Assembly: GCA_903813345.2 (NCBI GenBank)
Contig: CAIIXF020000001.1
Coordinates: 8,742,001 to 8,806,000, forward strand
Source: Owenia fusiformis
Lineage: Eukaryota
Direction of reading: 5' to 3'
DNA: 64,000 nucleotides
This document shows, piece after piece, positions 20,688 to 34,444 of the stretch. The notes beneath the pieces are model-generated. The model searched no databases. It worked only from the letters and a program-made list of their open reading frames with translations, and was not told the DNA's origin. Every line of letters begins with the position of its first letter. Positions within the stretch are counted from its first letter, which is position 1. Both the position numbers and the translations under genes were made by a program.

Positions 20688-23600
20688 CTGTAGCGATCAC
20701 GACTGTATCATCTGTTATGGAACAACAAAGAAACTACCAGGTTTAGGATGAATAGAAATGAAAGAATCTACAATTTATATGTTACTGCAATCCACACTGT
20801 TTAATTTAGAATATATGCCTAAATTAAAAACAGAATCACAGATTCACACACACACACACAAACACAATCAAGAGCCTAAGATAATTAATCAGGAGCCTAA
20901 GATAATTAAAAGCCTGGTTAATTAGAGCATCAAACATGGAGGGAGTGATGCAATAGATGCAGAGACAAGTCTGCAACTAGGATTAGATTAAGGGTGTGAA
21001 AATCAGCATGATCCTAGCAAGCTTGACTGTTTTCCTATATCATGTGCTCTTGAATGTATGAAAGGAGAGAAAGTTGGTGCAAATCTAAGAAAACAAATTT
21101 TAATAGTGCCAAAGAAGTTTCTTCTGTTATTTATGAACTTATCATTAATATTTATGTTTCTTTCATGTAAGAAACTTGACTTATTCAAGACCCCAAATCC
21201 AGACAGTCACTCATCATCTAAATATCCAAAAACCAGATTATTATAAAAAGATTTGTAAACATAAACTTTAAATGATCTATTTTTTAGTCTGCTTCATTCT
21301 GCACGCAATTCTGGATTTGTCCTGGGTGTCCTTGATAAAGGTTTGGTCTGGTTTGAATAAGCATGTAAATACTCCCAGACCAGAGAAAGTGAAGAAAATA
21401 ATAAATCTTGCTTGTAAAACTATAGCCAACCTGATAGGGTATTCAAAATAGTTTGCTGTATAACTTTTATGGAATCATTAACGCATAAACACAACCTTGT
21501 ATTTGTCCTAGATTCCTTTAAAGGCTGTTGATTGAAATCTAAGGTACTTACATTTGTTTGAAACATTTCAGAAGCTAGAGTACCTCGTGAACCTACACAC
21601 CCTACACTGACAAATGAGAATTTTTTGAACTGCAGTCTGTGTTCACTGGTATGTAAATGAATAAACCAGTACAATACTTAACCCAAAAAATTATTATAAT
21701 TCATGGATATTTCAAAATCTTCTTCAAGAGAATAAAAAACAAAATCAAATATTTTGAACGCTTTTTGATATTATACTTTTTGAATGAGAAAGCTTTGTAC
21801 TTACTGTTTTTTAAACATTTCTCTCATACTTTAATAAAGCAGAGCCATTATAATGATTCTCAATACATATTTATATCATCTTCACTGTCTTGAGAAAGTA
21901 TTGAATAATTTAAATAAGAAAACTTCATACCTTCTGGTATATATAGAGAAACCTTTCTATCCAAAGTTAAACAAAGAGAATCCATCAATGATTCATGATA
22001 ATCCATGATTGTATCATCATCATTGTCTCGAGAAAATATTGAGCTATTCATTATATCTCAAAACTATAGAACTTCGGTCAGGATATAACATAAAACAATG
22101 TCTGAATTTTCCCATGTCTCAGTCTCCTCAGTAAATAAAGTATTCCTGAACATATTAACATTTAATTCTTCTCCTATACTTTTGATTTTTTATTTATTTA
22201 AGTGATCTCAAGACTGGTTGAAAATCTTAAAATAGATTTTGTGCAATTCAAGGAGTTCTACTTCCTATCCAGTACTAATCCAATTACTGTAAACACAGTA
22301 TGTTGGTAGCATGTTAATCCAGTAGACTAAGCCTCCCAAGGCTGTGTACATGTACTCCCTGTTTATGTTTATAAGATTCACTTGAGATCGCTCTAAAGTT
22401 TCACCATATCAGTCTAATGCGTAGGCACTACTTTTGAGGAGTCATCCCAAATTTTTTTATAATTTCATTCAACAAAGTGGCCTTTATAACCTCCCTTATA
22501 AACTAAGTATGTTATAAGTAGAATCTAGCATGAAGCATATCAGATTGAGCCTAAATTAATCAGAAGCTACCTCAAATCAAAATAAAAATGAGATATTTCT
22601 TAGCTTATGCATTTGAATCAATAAACATGGTTCTAGTAAAATATCAGACTGAAATTTAGATGCTTTATGTCTAATGGTAAAGTTTCAATCCAAATCTTTT
22701 TAGACAGTTCTGTAATCATTTGGCTTATTTTTACATGAATTGTGGCTTTTCATCAGTTACAATGTCTTATCAAGACAGCACACAGTCCAGAACACAGATT
22801 CAAGATAACAATACTATTAGACCTGTATTAAATATATTCTGAATCCATATCAGTAAGCTTCATTATCCTCTACTATTTATGGATGATTTACAGTTTTGAT
22901 TCTGATAAGGTCCCGATGATCTCAAATGCATATTTTATGGCCTTTGATCTGAGAATGTGAGACAAATAGGCAGAAAATGCATAAAGTGTGATGACTATAT
23001 ATTCTGATTGGATATCGACTAAATCAAAGTTATCTCTTCTCTGAAGAGTGCAGAGAAAGTCAATCTCTTGTCAAGAGTATACTTATCACTGTATATTTTA
23101 TATTTTCAAGTAAGAAACTAAAAAATGACCTCATTGTTATCACTAAGTTAACTGATATCTCTAGCAACATATATGCATACCATTAGTATTATGAACAGAA
23201 ACATCTGAAGTTTTTATTATGATATCATAATAACGAAAAGGTAATCCTCTGATCTACAATTATTTGTAACAAAAACTATGTAAAATTTCCTACTTAATCC
23301 ACAATTGAACCTTTCACTGAAAAATGATACTGACTGTCTTAAGGAAGTATGAAACGCATGACTTACCATAGACTTTGCAAATGAAAATGTTTAGAAAACT
23401 TATATCAGTCCAGATTACTAAAATCATCCATTCCACTCATAACCAAACATATTTCTAAGTAAGCAGATACAAGGTGTTGCCAGGCCAAGCAAGCACTGCT
23501 AGCTGTGTAACATACTGTTTAATTCCAGGGGAAATTATTACTAATCTGACATATTTTGACAGCTTCTAACATTACCATATTCGCATCAGGAGGCCAAGTT

Positions 23601-24461
23601 CAGAACAACATTTGCAACATTCATACCACAATAATCTTATAGGTCTTGTACATATAGATCTTGTATATATTAAGGTTTTCTTATAATATACATTGTACAT
23701 GGTACTTACCTGTGTTTTGCATCTTACTGGAATATGAACATGCAAGGTATTCACCAAAAAAAGAATGAAATATTTGCTTTATTATACCACATATAACACA
23801 TCTGCTATAAACATTTCTTCGAAAATTCTCTCTATAAATTATTTCCTTAATAACACAAGTTGAACTATAAATACAAGAGAAAATATAATAGATATAACAA
23901 TTTAAAAGGCTCCTACCTTTGGTATCCATTTGGTTTGGTTCTTTTAAATATAAAGCACTTTATCTACGAAATATATACTGATTGACAGCAGGTCCCTCGT
24001 TATATTTTGACAATAATATGTCCTAAGTAGCCAAGTATTTTTAGAATATATGGATACTTTTTGAAAGTTAAAAAATAAACCAGAGGCTACCAGGACCAAG
24101 TATATGATGAATTGATACAAAGTCTGCATTTATATCGAATAATTTATATATATAATTGCCGATTTGAAACGAGCCTGGTTCATTTATTAAATAATTGAAG
24201 TAAAATGTTGAATTAATCCAGAACTGTAAATTCACTTCCTTTCTGCTGATTATCAACAAGCAATTTTCTCATTTGCAGGTCAAGCTCTGCACCAATGTGA
24301 TCTTAACTACTATTATTTTAGCACCAAATCCATTGCCAAAATCAACAATTTTAACTGTTCTTATCTAGATGTTGCTGTGAGAATTCTCAAAATAATTTGG
24401 ACCACAAAAAACCAACTAATCAACATATTTTCCCCATCAGATCTTGTTGGTTTATTGTAAA

Positions 24462-24570
24462 CAGTAAACACCTTTGGCACCTCAAAATAGTGTTCCATTT
24501 GGGAGATGTTCTCTTCATAGGAAACACAACTTCAGAGGGTTCCACTCATAGAAGTTGTTTACTTACAGAG
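24462..24570. mobile_element. Remnant of a dispersed MITE family (also ~48900-49109 and, inverted, ~63090-63212)
   Basis: Shared AACACCTTTGG.AC.TCAAAA.AGTGTTCCA.TTGG.AG.TGTTCT core in three places. Confidence 0.5.
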
Positions 24571-26229
24571 AAAACTCACTTAACTTATTCTGCTGAAGCT
24601 GCTACACCTACACAATTAAATTGTAAGATAATTTGAAACTAATGCAGTTTCCACTCTTATTTTCAGATAATGGATTTGTACTTTGAATGTATAGTCCATG
24701 ACAGTAATGGGGTGAATAATTCAGAGCTTAAAAACACAAAATCTTAATTTAACTTTGACATGTCCAGTGAGTCAGTGACCTTGACCTATAAATGTCATCT
24801 TGCTCATAAAATGTCCATGACCCAATTTGAATGACAAAAGAGCTTCAGGGAACTGTAAACAATATTGAATCACAAACCTTAATCTAAATACAGAATTAAA
24901 CTGTAAAAAGACCCTCTATGACTTTGAATAGTAACATACTTGACCTACGACTGAACCAAACTATGTCCCATTTAAAAGGTTTCGGCAAATTTTGTAAAAA
25001 GCTAGTGGTCCAAACATACATATTTGCCAATTACAAACATACATTAACTGTGGTACAACATAATGCAGATATTAAACAGTGCTCAATAAATTTACCATAC
25101 CCTAGATGCAGTCTGAGCCCCGTATTTGAGGATGAAAAATTACAGAAAATCTGGAGATGGGCAAAGCAAGCGATACCTTGCCCTATAAATGGTTTGATTA
25201 TTATTATCACAGCACAGAATAAGAACTCCCATATGCTTATTAGCATAATACTGATAAAGCTAAATGCAAATTCTGTGCAACTGTTATATACATCCTCATA
25301 GCATAGAATTACTGAGGATTACAAGAACAATAAGGAACTAATTGAGATTGAAGACATTGGTAAAACAGCTGTCAATGTCATGTAAAACTCATCAATTTAG
25401 AAATGAAGGCCTATATACTGGCACTATTTGAGCTACTGTTAGAACTATATACTTAGAAACACATATATTTCAGCAACATTTGCGGTAGCAGAAAACTTGT
25501 GCAATCTGCAGCTGCCAATCACCAGTATAATTCAAAATAAGAAACATAACCTTACAAAAGCCTGTTAACCTGATCGTTTAGAACTCCAAATGTTTCAGTT
25601 TGCGCTTATTCATTCCCCAACAATTCTCTTTTCACAATTATGCTTAAAAGTGCTTTTCAGTTTTTCAACAACTATTTGTAACATTCGATAACTCCAACAA
25701 ATCATTCACAGATAGTATTTACTCTAAACAATCGCAGTATTTTCTCTGAATGTTGAATATGTTTACTTCAAATAATTTATACAATCGTTCTGAAGCTCAT
25801 TGTCAAATATGCTGTAGCTAACATTATACAGGGTCAGCATTTATGATACCTGAAGTTATTCATAAAAACTTAACTTGGAATTTACAAATTGTAACACCTG
25901 TGACCAATTTATTAATTAATACACTTTTTATCACTGAACTATTATTTACAGTTGTAAATGTCATTGTACAATTTTTTACCTTACCTTGACAATATAGTCA
26001 TAATATCACGCCCTATAATCAATGTATGCTTTTTAGAGATGCCAAAATAATTTTGAATTTAAAACAGGAACTTTAAAATTAAAAATAATAAAAAAAACTT
26101 GACTGTGAGCCAAATATGAGGAAATAAGGTATCAATCCATTCTGATAATCATATCCTTTATGATGGTATAAATCCTCTTTATAGCTGACCTGGATGTGCT
26201 TTAGAAGCTGCTGTTGCAGTGGTCATTAC

Positions 26230-26291
26230 CATAGGCCTCGGGAAAAGTAGTAGTAGGATATATACTAAGCTTATTACTACTTTTCCCTCTG
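26230..26291. mobile_element. 62-bp hairpin mini-element with 8-bp target duplication (hAT-like)
   Basis: GTCATTAC on both sides (26222-26229, 26292-26299), CA..TG ends, and an internal inverted repeat GGGAAAAGTAGTAGTA / TATTACTACTTTTCCC. Confidence 0.55.
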
Positions 26292-29200
26292 GTCATTACA
26301 TCTTTATCTAGATCAAGATTTGGTACATACCATTTTACAAGTATTTACTGCATAATTAATGTCCTACCTCTTGCTTTGTCAGGCTACATGATCATGAACA
26401 TAGTATTTGAGCATGGGTCCAATGATGTGAGGAAAGCCTGTTGTGTGTTTTAGACACCTTGCCCTGCTTACACTGATGATGTGAAATAATGTGCCTGCTC
26501 CTTATAATGGTCAGTAAATGCTGTAGTAAGAGACAACCAACACACCCATACACCACACACCACCACTAGACCATACTTAGTGGAAAATCAAATGGAGAAC
26601 TAAATTCGTATGGATACAAATGATGATATCACAACAAGAAGTCAACATGTCAATTGATCATGTTTCTAATCAGCTAATTGCATAGAAAATGAAGAAATTA
26701 AGAAATGTTTCAAATATTTTTGAGAGGACAAATTCAACAAACCAGCACCCCAGAACAGGAAACAGTAGTCCAGAATCTTATGTGGATGTAATATGATCAC
26801 CTTGATCAAACTTTATATCTGATATGCCATACCAGGCAATATCCAACACAATATAAAATCCTCTAAAAATTTTGCTTAATGATGACTAAATCATCGCGAT
26901 AGCCGCGCCCCCTTTGTCTTTTTCCTTCCAAAGTGATCTCTCGCAAACGGCAGATAAGAGGGGCTCTGGCATACCAGAATGTGACTAAATAGTTTACAAT
27001 TTTATTTGTTACAAATTTCCCTTGCTTTTTTTGTTCCTTCCTACTGTTCCTTTAAAAAATGATGCCTTACCATGAAGTTTCCATACTGTTAAACCAGTGT
27101 ATTCCTTCAGTCATATGAAATACCTTGATGGATCAAGATGTGAAGTTCCTATAGAGAATGTTTATTGCTATGCTGTACAGATCTCCTCCAAGGTGGTATT
27201 CTACTCCTGTTGACCACTAAAATATCTGACATGTGAATAGGTACACATATACACATGCTACTCTGCGTGGTTCAAAATAATTGCTCTATTTGTTGAAATG
27301 TTTACACATTTTGCTCAGAAAAGTTCTTAAATCTTGCAGATACACACTAGAGTGTGCTGACTGAATAGCTGCAATTCTGAACGAGTTTCAACGATATTTA
27401 CTGGATATTGTCCACCAACTTTGCCTTCACTACTATACTAGTTGAGTAGAATGCTCTATGTTTAAAGATCAGAATGCTGAATTCTGATTCTATAAGCATT
27501 CTTCACAGTTCTTGAATAGTATGTTCAATGGGGTGTCCCTATAGAGGCAATATTTCTGATTAACACCATATTAAAATAGGTGTATAAGAATATTGGAATA
27601 TGAATACTGAAACTGTTCGCTCTAGTAATTTCATTTCATTTATACATATTTAGTATAAAATTCAAATCAGAGCACCTGGAATCATTTTTCATCTCAAGTA
27701 CCAAGCTTTAACATCCTATGACACAAACACTATAGGACCCTACCCCATTTTGAAAATGCAACCATGTCGAAAATGACCAATAAAACTCCTTTGTTTCCTC
27801 ATTCATGAAATTATATGAGCCAGAAATGTATTTTGATCACTAAATTACAAAGTTTATTTGAAACTTTGGATTCGTTACTTGATTTACTTGTGGGTTCCCA
27901 TCAGCTTAATTTAATTCTACCCAGATATGTCATTATGAACTATGTTCCCTTTTGAAGGCATATTAATATTTTTATTTATTATGGCTATTTTGAAGTTAGT
28001 ATTCCCTGCAAGGTATGTTCAAAGGAGAGTTTATTTGTGTTAGTCCATTGATGTTAATCGGTTGCGTGTCAGAACAAACCTTTTTACAACTTCAGTTGAT
28101 TGAATGAGTTAAAAATCACACTCATTCATGACAGCACAAAGCTGGAAAGTAAAATATACACTTCAACAGAACAGGTGGATTTCCTCAGACCATCTTAATA
28201 AAAAAGCAATTTGCTACGATTACAAAATTCAATTTGTTCTAAGACTGTTTCACTAAAGCTGAGGATTGGTGGCGATTCCCAAATACGCTGCATCTCTTTC
28301 TATATAAGCAATTATGTATCAGTGGAGCAAGCATCTAACATGATAGTAGGCCTTCAATGAATAGCTTCCTTCTTTGTATTTCTTTCTGTTATAAACAACA
28401 TTACACCTGAGCACAAGTCTGGCTTGAAACTGTAATTTGATCATTAAGAAACCTCAAAAACTAATTAAAAGTAAATAAAACTTGAGAATCATTTTCTCAG
28501 GAGAAAACAAATGAATAACACAACCATCCATGGGATTCTAAAGTAAAAGTTAACACTAGTTCCGCTTGTACATAAATATGTTAATTCAGCTCAGGAAAAT
28601 GTAAGTACATATACTTTGGAATAAACTAAAGACTCCCATTTCCAATAAACCATTTTCTAGTTATGTGGTAATTGCAGTTATTAATTACGAAGTAATGTCT
28701 ATTAGATAAATACATTTGGAACTTATGCCTCAGTATTTTAATTTCTTCATTTCCAATCTCAAAAAGCCATGAGAATTATAGCCAAGGATTAAGCAGAAAT
28801 GCATAAATTAGAACAAATCTTTGTCTTACAGCCCATTCTCCTTAATTAAGTGTGTCATTAGATTTGCTCATTTGTAGTCCTATGTAGTACCCCTAATAAA
28901 ATCCAGTGTTTTGAATTCCGCAGATAAATCAAATTGATCAAATGCATTTTATAAACATTTTCTTATGTCTACTGAATGATACTATAGTTTTGACATGTGG
29001 TTAACCATATTCCAATAATACAAATCACTCCAAAATATATAAAAAACACCACAAACTGTGGCTTCCACTCAATTATTCATAAAGAGAAAGAAGAAACTAT
29101 TATTTTGTTCAAACCAAAAATTTGCTTTAATTATGTTGAGGATTTTAATAGCATTGATTCAAGGTAATAGCATTGATTTGAGATAATGGCAGAGTGGTTA

Positions 29201-29387
29201 CATAACAAAACATACCACTAAATGTACCATGTTAAAATGTTGATGTAAGAGTTAATTTGTATGACTTTTTGGATGCGGTTGCATGCAGGATATAGTGGTA
29301 TACCTCAAGTAAATAATTAATAGAACATTAACAAGCATCTATTATACAAGATTCAAGAATTCTATATTTCATTTATATCAACTAATT

Positions 29388-30392
29388 CACGCCCGGTGAT
29401 CGTGAATATGGGACGGAGGGGGGGAGCAGGTAATTTCTGCTAGGAAATTCAACAAATCTGGAAGATTTATTTTTTCAAGAAAAAGTTTACTATTGAATTG
29501 CTAAATGGATAGGCGCACGGTATGGTAAAACATACGATATACTGAAACGATACGCATCTAAGGTATGAGATCTATTAAAAAAGGCGCAAGGCCATCAACA
29601 GGCACAAATCAATGTTTTTGCTATAAATCAAGCAACAATGGTCTGGACGACCTGTAATAAATACTTGTAAGTGATGTTATCATAACTAAATTAATATCAT
29701 TGCTGAATTTATAAAATAAGTTTCCATATGTGAAATAAAAAATAATCGAAAATAATGAATTTGGGACGGAGGGGGGGAGGGGACGGAGGGGGGGAGCAAT
29801 ATGTATATAAGACATGATTAGAGATGTTTCGCGACTTTAAGTCCTTTTACTTCAAATGTCCCCATTTTTCAGTCTCCAGGGGTATATCATCCAGTTTCTT
29901 ACTAAGTTAATGAGTTCATTTTTCAAACACAAGAATTCGTGTGAAGTTGTTTCACTTTATAGAATTATTACTCCCCCCCCTCCATCCCCTCCCCCCTCCG
30001 TCCCATTTTAATTATTTTCGATTATTTTTTATTTTACGTATGGAAACTTATTTTATAAATTCAGCAATGACATTAATTTAGTTATGATAACATCACTTAC
30101 AAGTATTTATTACAGGTCGTGTAGTCCATTGTTGCTTGATTTATAGCAAAAACTTTGACTTTTGCACGTTGGTTGTGCTGCGCCTTTTTTAATAGATCTT
30201 ATATCTTAAAAGAGTATCGGTTGAAAAATAATCCTAGAATACCTAACATATTTTATCATACCGTGCGCTTATTCAATTTGCAATTCAATCGTAAACTCTG
30301 TCTTGAAAAAATAATTTTACCAGATTTGTTGAATTTTCTCGCGGAAATTGCCTGCTCCCCCCTCCGTCCCATTTTCACGATCACCGGGCGTG
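29388..30392. mobile_element. Foldback non-autonomous DNA transposon with CAC..GTG ends and 5-bp TSD (Transib-like)
   Basis: TAATT|CACGCCCGGTGATCGTGAA...TTCACGATCACCGGGCGTG|TAATT, with ~410-bp inverted arms around a ~170-bp spacer. Confidence 0.85.
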
Positions 30393-31346
30393 TAATTAAG
30401 CTCATGGCAAAAAATGAGTCGAGAGGAAATAAATCAATAAAAATTTGATTATCAATAAATAATCTACACATAGTTTATTATCTGACATATGGCACTGTTG
30501 ACTAGATTATTAATCATTACAAGACTAATGGGATAATATGAGCGTGACAAATAATCTATGAGAGCAAGGGATCTGAACCAACACCCTCATTTAGAGCTTG
30601 CATCTAGTTCTCATGACATGTTCTTACACCCATTGTTCTGAAACACCTAGTTCCCATCTGAACATGCAATTTTGTTTTTATCTGAACACACATCCTAGTT
30701 CTGAACATGCACTCCAGTTCTCATGGTTTAATCATTAAAAAGGTCAGTTTGATTTCTAATGAAAGGTAAAAATAAAGGCTCAGAACATGAAAAATACTTG
30801 CCAACTCATAACCAAATCAATAGTTCCCGCCCTACCCCCACTGTTCAATTTCAAAGGGCTAAACTGATTTTTAATCATTCAACCCAAAGGCCATGCACGG
30901 AACTAGAAATAAACTACAAATAATTATTCTATCCTGTAATTATAAAGCAGTACATTATTCAAAACAAAACAATGATGCAATTAAAAAACATAATTTCAAA
31001 ACCTAATTTCTTGTAATTCTATAAATTAAATTCTGACATATGACATTTCAATCTCCAGCTATTATGGATGATAAGTGTTACTTGGGGGTGGCAACATGCC
31101 ATTCTAATGAAGAGATAAATATGTTATAAACTACTATACTACAATGATAAGGATTCAATTTCCCATTGCGGCTTATTAATCATAGAAACATTTTACTGCT
31201 GAAATTTAGAAGAATTACTTTTGTTATATTTGGCATGTGTTTCCATAAATCAATAATGGTTTTTGTTAGAATATCATGATCCGTTTTGCTACTTTTGTTA
31301 TATGGATAGATCGAGTAGTCAGAATCCTTTGTATCTATTCACAATA

Positions 31347-34300
31347 TATATAACTTTTATATATAACTTTTATTGACATATTGTATCATAACATGATTAC
31401 ATTAGTCATAAACTACTCACTAAAACTACTATCTACTACTAAACTACTTACTAAAACTACATCTTTATAAAAATATACATGATTTGATATATTTACAGAA
31501 AGCATACAAGAAAGGCAAAATATTTTAAAGTGTGATGCACAAATTTTGCTGATTATTCTAAATTGTTAAATGAATGGTATATAAATTTACCAAGATGTCG
31601 TTGGAAGATGATATTATCATTAGAAATTATATTTATAAATATATCGTTACTATTCAAGTCAAATGTTGGTAATATTTCAGAAATTTTACTGAAAAATATT
31701 TGCCTGTGTTGAGAATGCTTTGTACAATTTATGATAAAATGAAATTCATCCTCCACACATTTACATATATTACACAACCTTTCATTAACTGGTTTAGGTT
31801 TGGGTTTTATGTGTCTTCCAGATTCTATTTTTAGCCGATGTGAACTTAACCTAAATCTACCTATTGCTAATCTATATTTTTTATTATCTAGTTTCAAATA
31901 TGGTTCTAATTCAAAATCTTTCTTAAATAGCTTATATGTTCTTAATATAGGATATTGTAAAATATCATTTCTCCAATTATTTATAAATGCATTCTTTAGT
32001 TTCTTGTCAACCAAGTTTACTAAGTTGTCTGTATTTTGACTTTGGTCATCCCAATACTCTGTTAGTTCACATTTGTGAAGAATATCATAAACTTTTCCAG
32101 ACCATGATTTAAACCCTAATTCATGTTTTTCTTGACCATATAAATAAGCTTGATTTAAAATATTAGATTCTGGTAGTTTTATAAGTCTTAACCAGTATTT
32201 TATCAAAGATAATTCAATTTTGATAGATAAAGGAAATCTACCGAGGTCACCATATACTGCAGGATTAGCTGTTTGAGTTTTGACTCCTAGAATAGATTTT
32301 AAAAAGGACAAATGCAATGTTTCAATAGATTTCATCTGTTTCTTATCATACCAAATCTCACACCCATAACAAAGTATTGGACTGACTAATGAATCAAAAA
32401 GGTGAAGAGCAACATCGGGTGGTACATCGTTGAATTTCTTATACTGTTGTTTGATTTTGAATATTGCCTTTCGTGATTGTTCTTTAAGATAAGCAGTGTT
32501 AATATCAAATTTATTGCTATCAGTAAGAATAACACCGAGATATTTATATTTATTTACACGTTCAATTTCTTGATTATTAAAAGTGAAAGGATCTGAATAT
32601 TTAGAGTTAAAAATTAGGACCTTTGTCTTAAGGGTGTTGACTATAAGTCTATTAATTTTACAGAAAGCAAAAAGTGAATCTAATAACAACTGAAGTCCAT
32701 TGTGTGATTCTGAAACAAGTACAAGATCATCTGCCCATAGTAGATGATTAAAATTGGCATCATTCAAAGTAACACCACATCTGGGTGGTAATATTTCATT
32801 TAAGTCATCTATGAAATGATTGAATAAAAATGTACTTAAAACACTTCCTTGTAAAACTCCTATTTCAGTGTCAAAAGTTTCCGTGACTCCATTTTCTAAC
32901 TTGAGACATGACTTAGATTTAGAGTACATGCTCTCTATAATCTTGTACATTTTACTCTGTGGATGAATTCCAGATTTACATAGTTTATATAACAGTACCG
33001 AGCGATCTATGTAATCAAACGCCTTCCTAAAGTCAATCATACATGTATACAATGGTTTCTTATGCTGCTTGAATTTGTTAATTAGTGTTTGCAAAATAAA
33101 AATATTATCAGTTGTACGCCTATTTTCTTTATAAGCACCCTGAAGTGGGTCTGGCGAATTTTGCACTTCAGCATTAAAGACAAGACGATTTTGTATAACC
33201 GAGTCAAATAAATTTCCTATACAGGCCAGTACATTAATGCCTCGATAATTATCAGCTTGAAAACGGCTGCCTTGTTTATAAAGTGCACTGAGCATACCAA
33301 TGCTCCAGTCACTTGGATATTCTCCTTTTTCAAAAATAGCATTAAATAGTGATGTAAAATCAGAAATGAGAGATTTACAATTTTTAATAATATTAGATGG
33401 AATACCATCAATACCAGCTGATTTGTTTGTATTCACTCTTTTCAAAGCACGCTGGACTTCGGCTTGAGTAATTTTCATGTTGACAGTATCATGACAAAGT
33501 TGTAAATTTTTATCTTCAGGGCAAACTTGATAATTTATAACATACTGATTCATTTCCTTGAGTGCATTGTCATCAAAATATTCTATATTTGGGGGTTTAG
33601 ATAGACTTTTAAAAAAGTTGAATAAATCTTTAGGTGGAACTGGCATCTGTTTAATTTTATTTCCTGGCATTGCGTTTATCAGTTTCCAGAAATCTGTAGA
33701 GTATTTGCTTTTATTCTGAATTAAACTATCAAGCATTCCTGCTTTAAACTTTCTCTTTTCTCGTTGTTTAGTTTGATTATATTGTTTGGTTAAACTATTT
33801 ATAAGATCATCACTAAATTTGTGTTTTATTGCCTCATGTACTTGTTTCTTTAAGGACTTACACTCATCATTGAACCATGAATTGATGGGAAAGGTGTGCA
33901 TTTTCTTAGTTTTTAATTGTTTAAATTGAAATGTGTTATTAGATGCATAATGAATTACGTTAAGGAGCTTATTTACAAGTTCATCAGATCCAGTATCATT
34001 ACATCCAAGTTCAGTGTAAAAAGATGTTAAGAGATCAATGCTAGTATTATCAGTTAATTTTTGTTTAAATTCATTTTTCTTCTTATGATCCCATTTGTAT
34101 GATTTATATGTTTTAATGTTCAGGGGTTCTGATTGAATGTTTGATGATTTACTTTGATTTTCAATATCCCTTTTTAATGATAGAGAAAAATGCAATGGTG
34201 CGTGGTCAGATTCAACACGTCTATCATGCACTTTAAAATCAGAAAATAAGGGAATAATGTTTGATTGAGCTGCAACATAATCAATAACTGATTTTCCTAA

Positions 34301-34440
34301 GTTTAGGTCTGTATTAGATTTATGGGTAACATTACGATAACATGTGAATTTCCCTAAATTTTTGTCCTGATAAAGACGACCATTAAGTATAAAAAGTTGT
34401 GAAATTTCAGTATTTTCAGTATATTCAGATACCATATGTA
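31347..34440 (-). mobile_element. 5'-truncated non-LTR retrotransposon (RTE-X-like)
   Basis: Long RT ORF, ~200-bp 3' UTR, AATAAA followed by a short tandem tail (AAAAGTTATATAT)x2, and a possible ACAATA target duplication at 31341-31346 and 34441-34446. Confidence 0.88.
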
Positions 34441-34444
34441 ACAA
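31553..34444 (-). CDS. LINE ORF2: C-terminal part of AP endonuclease, reverse transcriptase, C-terminal zinc-binding region; no native start
   Basis: SVIDY and SDHAPL (APE end); YRGI, IDFRKAFD, GVLQGSVLS..LF, LLWADD, YKYLG (RT); RLSSHRLKIESGRH and CxxC..EDEFHF..C as in RTE-X-type elements. 963 codons with no stop. Confidence 0.93.
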   Translation of the reverse strand: MLHMVSEYTENTEISQLFILNGRLYQDKNLGKFTCYRNVTHKSNTDLNLGKSVIDYVAAQSNIIPLFSDFKVHDRRVESDHAPLHFSLSLKRDIENQSKSSNIQSEPLNIKTYKSYKWDHKKKNEFKQKLTDNTSIDLLTSFYTELGCNDTGSDELVNKLLNVIHYASNNTFQFKQLKTKKMHTFPINSWFNDECKSLKKQVHEAIKHKFSDDLINSLTKQYNQTKQREKRKFKAGMLDSLIQNKSKYSTDFWKLINAMPGNKIKQMPVPPKDLFNFFKSLSKPPNIEYFDDNALKEMNQYVINYQVCPEDKNLQLCHDTVNMKITQAEVQRALKRVNTNKSAGIDGIPSNIIKNCKSLISDFTSLFNAIFEKGEYPSDWSIGMLSALYKQGSRFQADNYRGINVLACIGNLFDSVIQNRLVFNAEVQNSPDPLQGAYKENRRTTDNIFILQTLINKFKQHKKPLYTCMIDFRKAFDYIDRSVLLYKLCKSGIHPQSKMYKIIESMYSKSKSCLKLENGVTETFDTEIGVLQGSVLSTFLFNHFIDDLNEILPPRCGVTLNDANFNHLLWADDLVLVSESHNGLQLLLDSLFAFCKINRLIVNTLKTKVLIFNSKYSDPFTFNNQEIERVNKYKYLGVILTDSNKFDINTAYLKEQSRKAIFKIKQQYKKFNDVPPDVALHLFDSLVSPILCYGCEIWYDKKQMKSIETLHLSFLKSILGVKTQTANPAVYGDLGRFPLSIKIELSLIKYWLRLIKLPESNILNQAYLYGQEKHELGFKSWSGKVYDILHKCELTEYWDDQSQNTDNLVNLVDKKLKNAFINNWRNDILQYPILRTYKLFKKDFELEPYLKLDNKKYRLAIGRFRLSSHRLKIESGRHIKPKPKPVNERLCNICKCVEDEFHFIINCTKHSQHRQIFFSKISEILPTFDLNSNDIFINIISNDNIIFQRHLGKFIYHSFNNLE

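Noticed and set aside
21420-22051. Short ORFs upstream of HS3ST as extra exons or a pseudogene
   Set aside because: No recognisable domain and no consistent splice chain.
31410-31460. Telomere-like repeat
   Set aside because: An irregular ACT/ACTA repeat inside the LINE 3' UTR, not a TTAGGG or TTAGG array.
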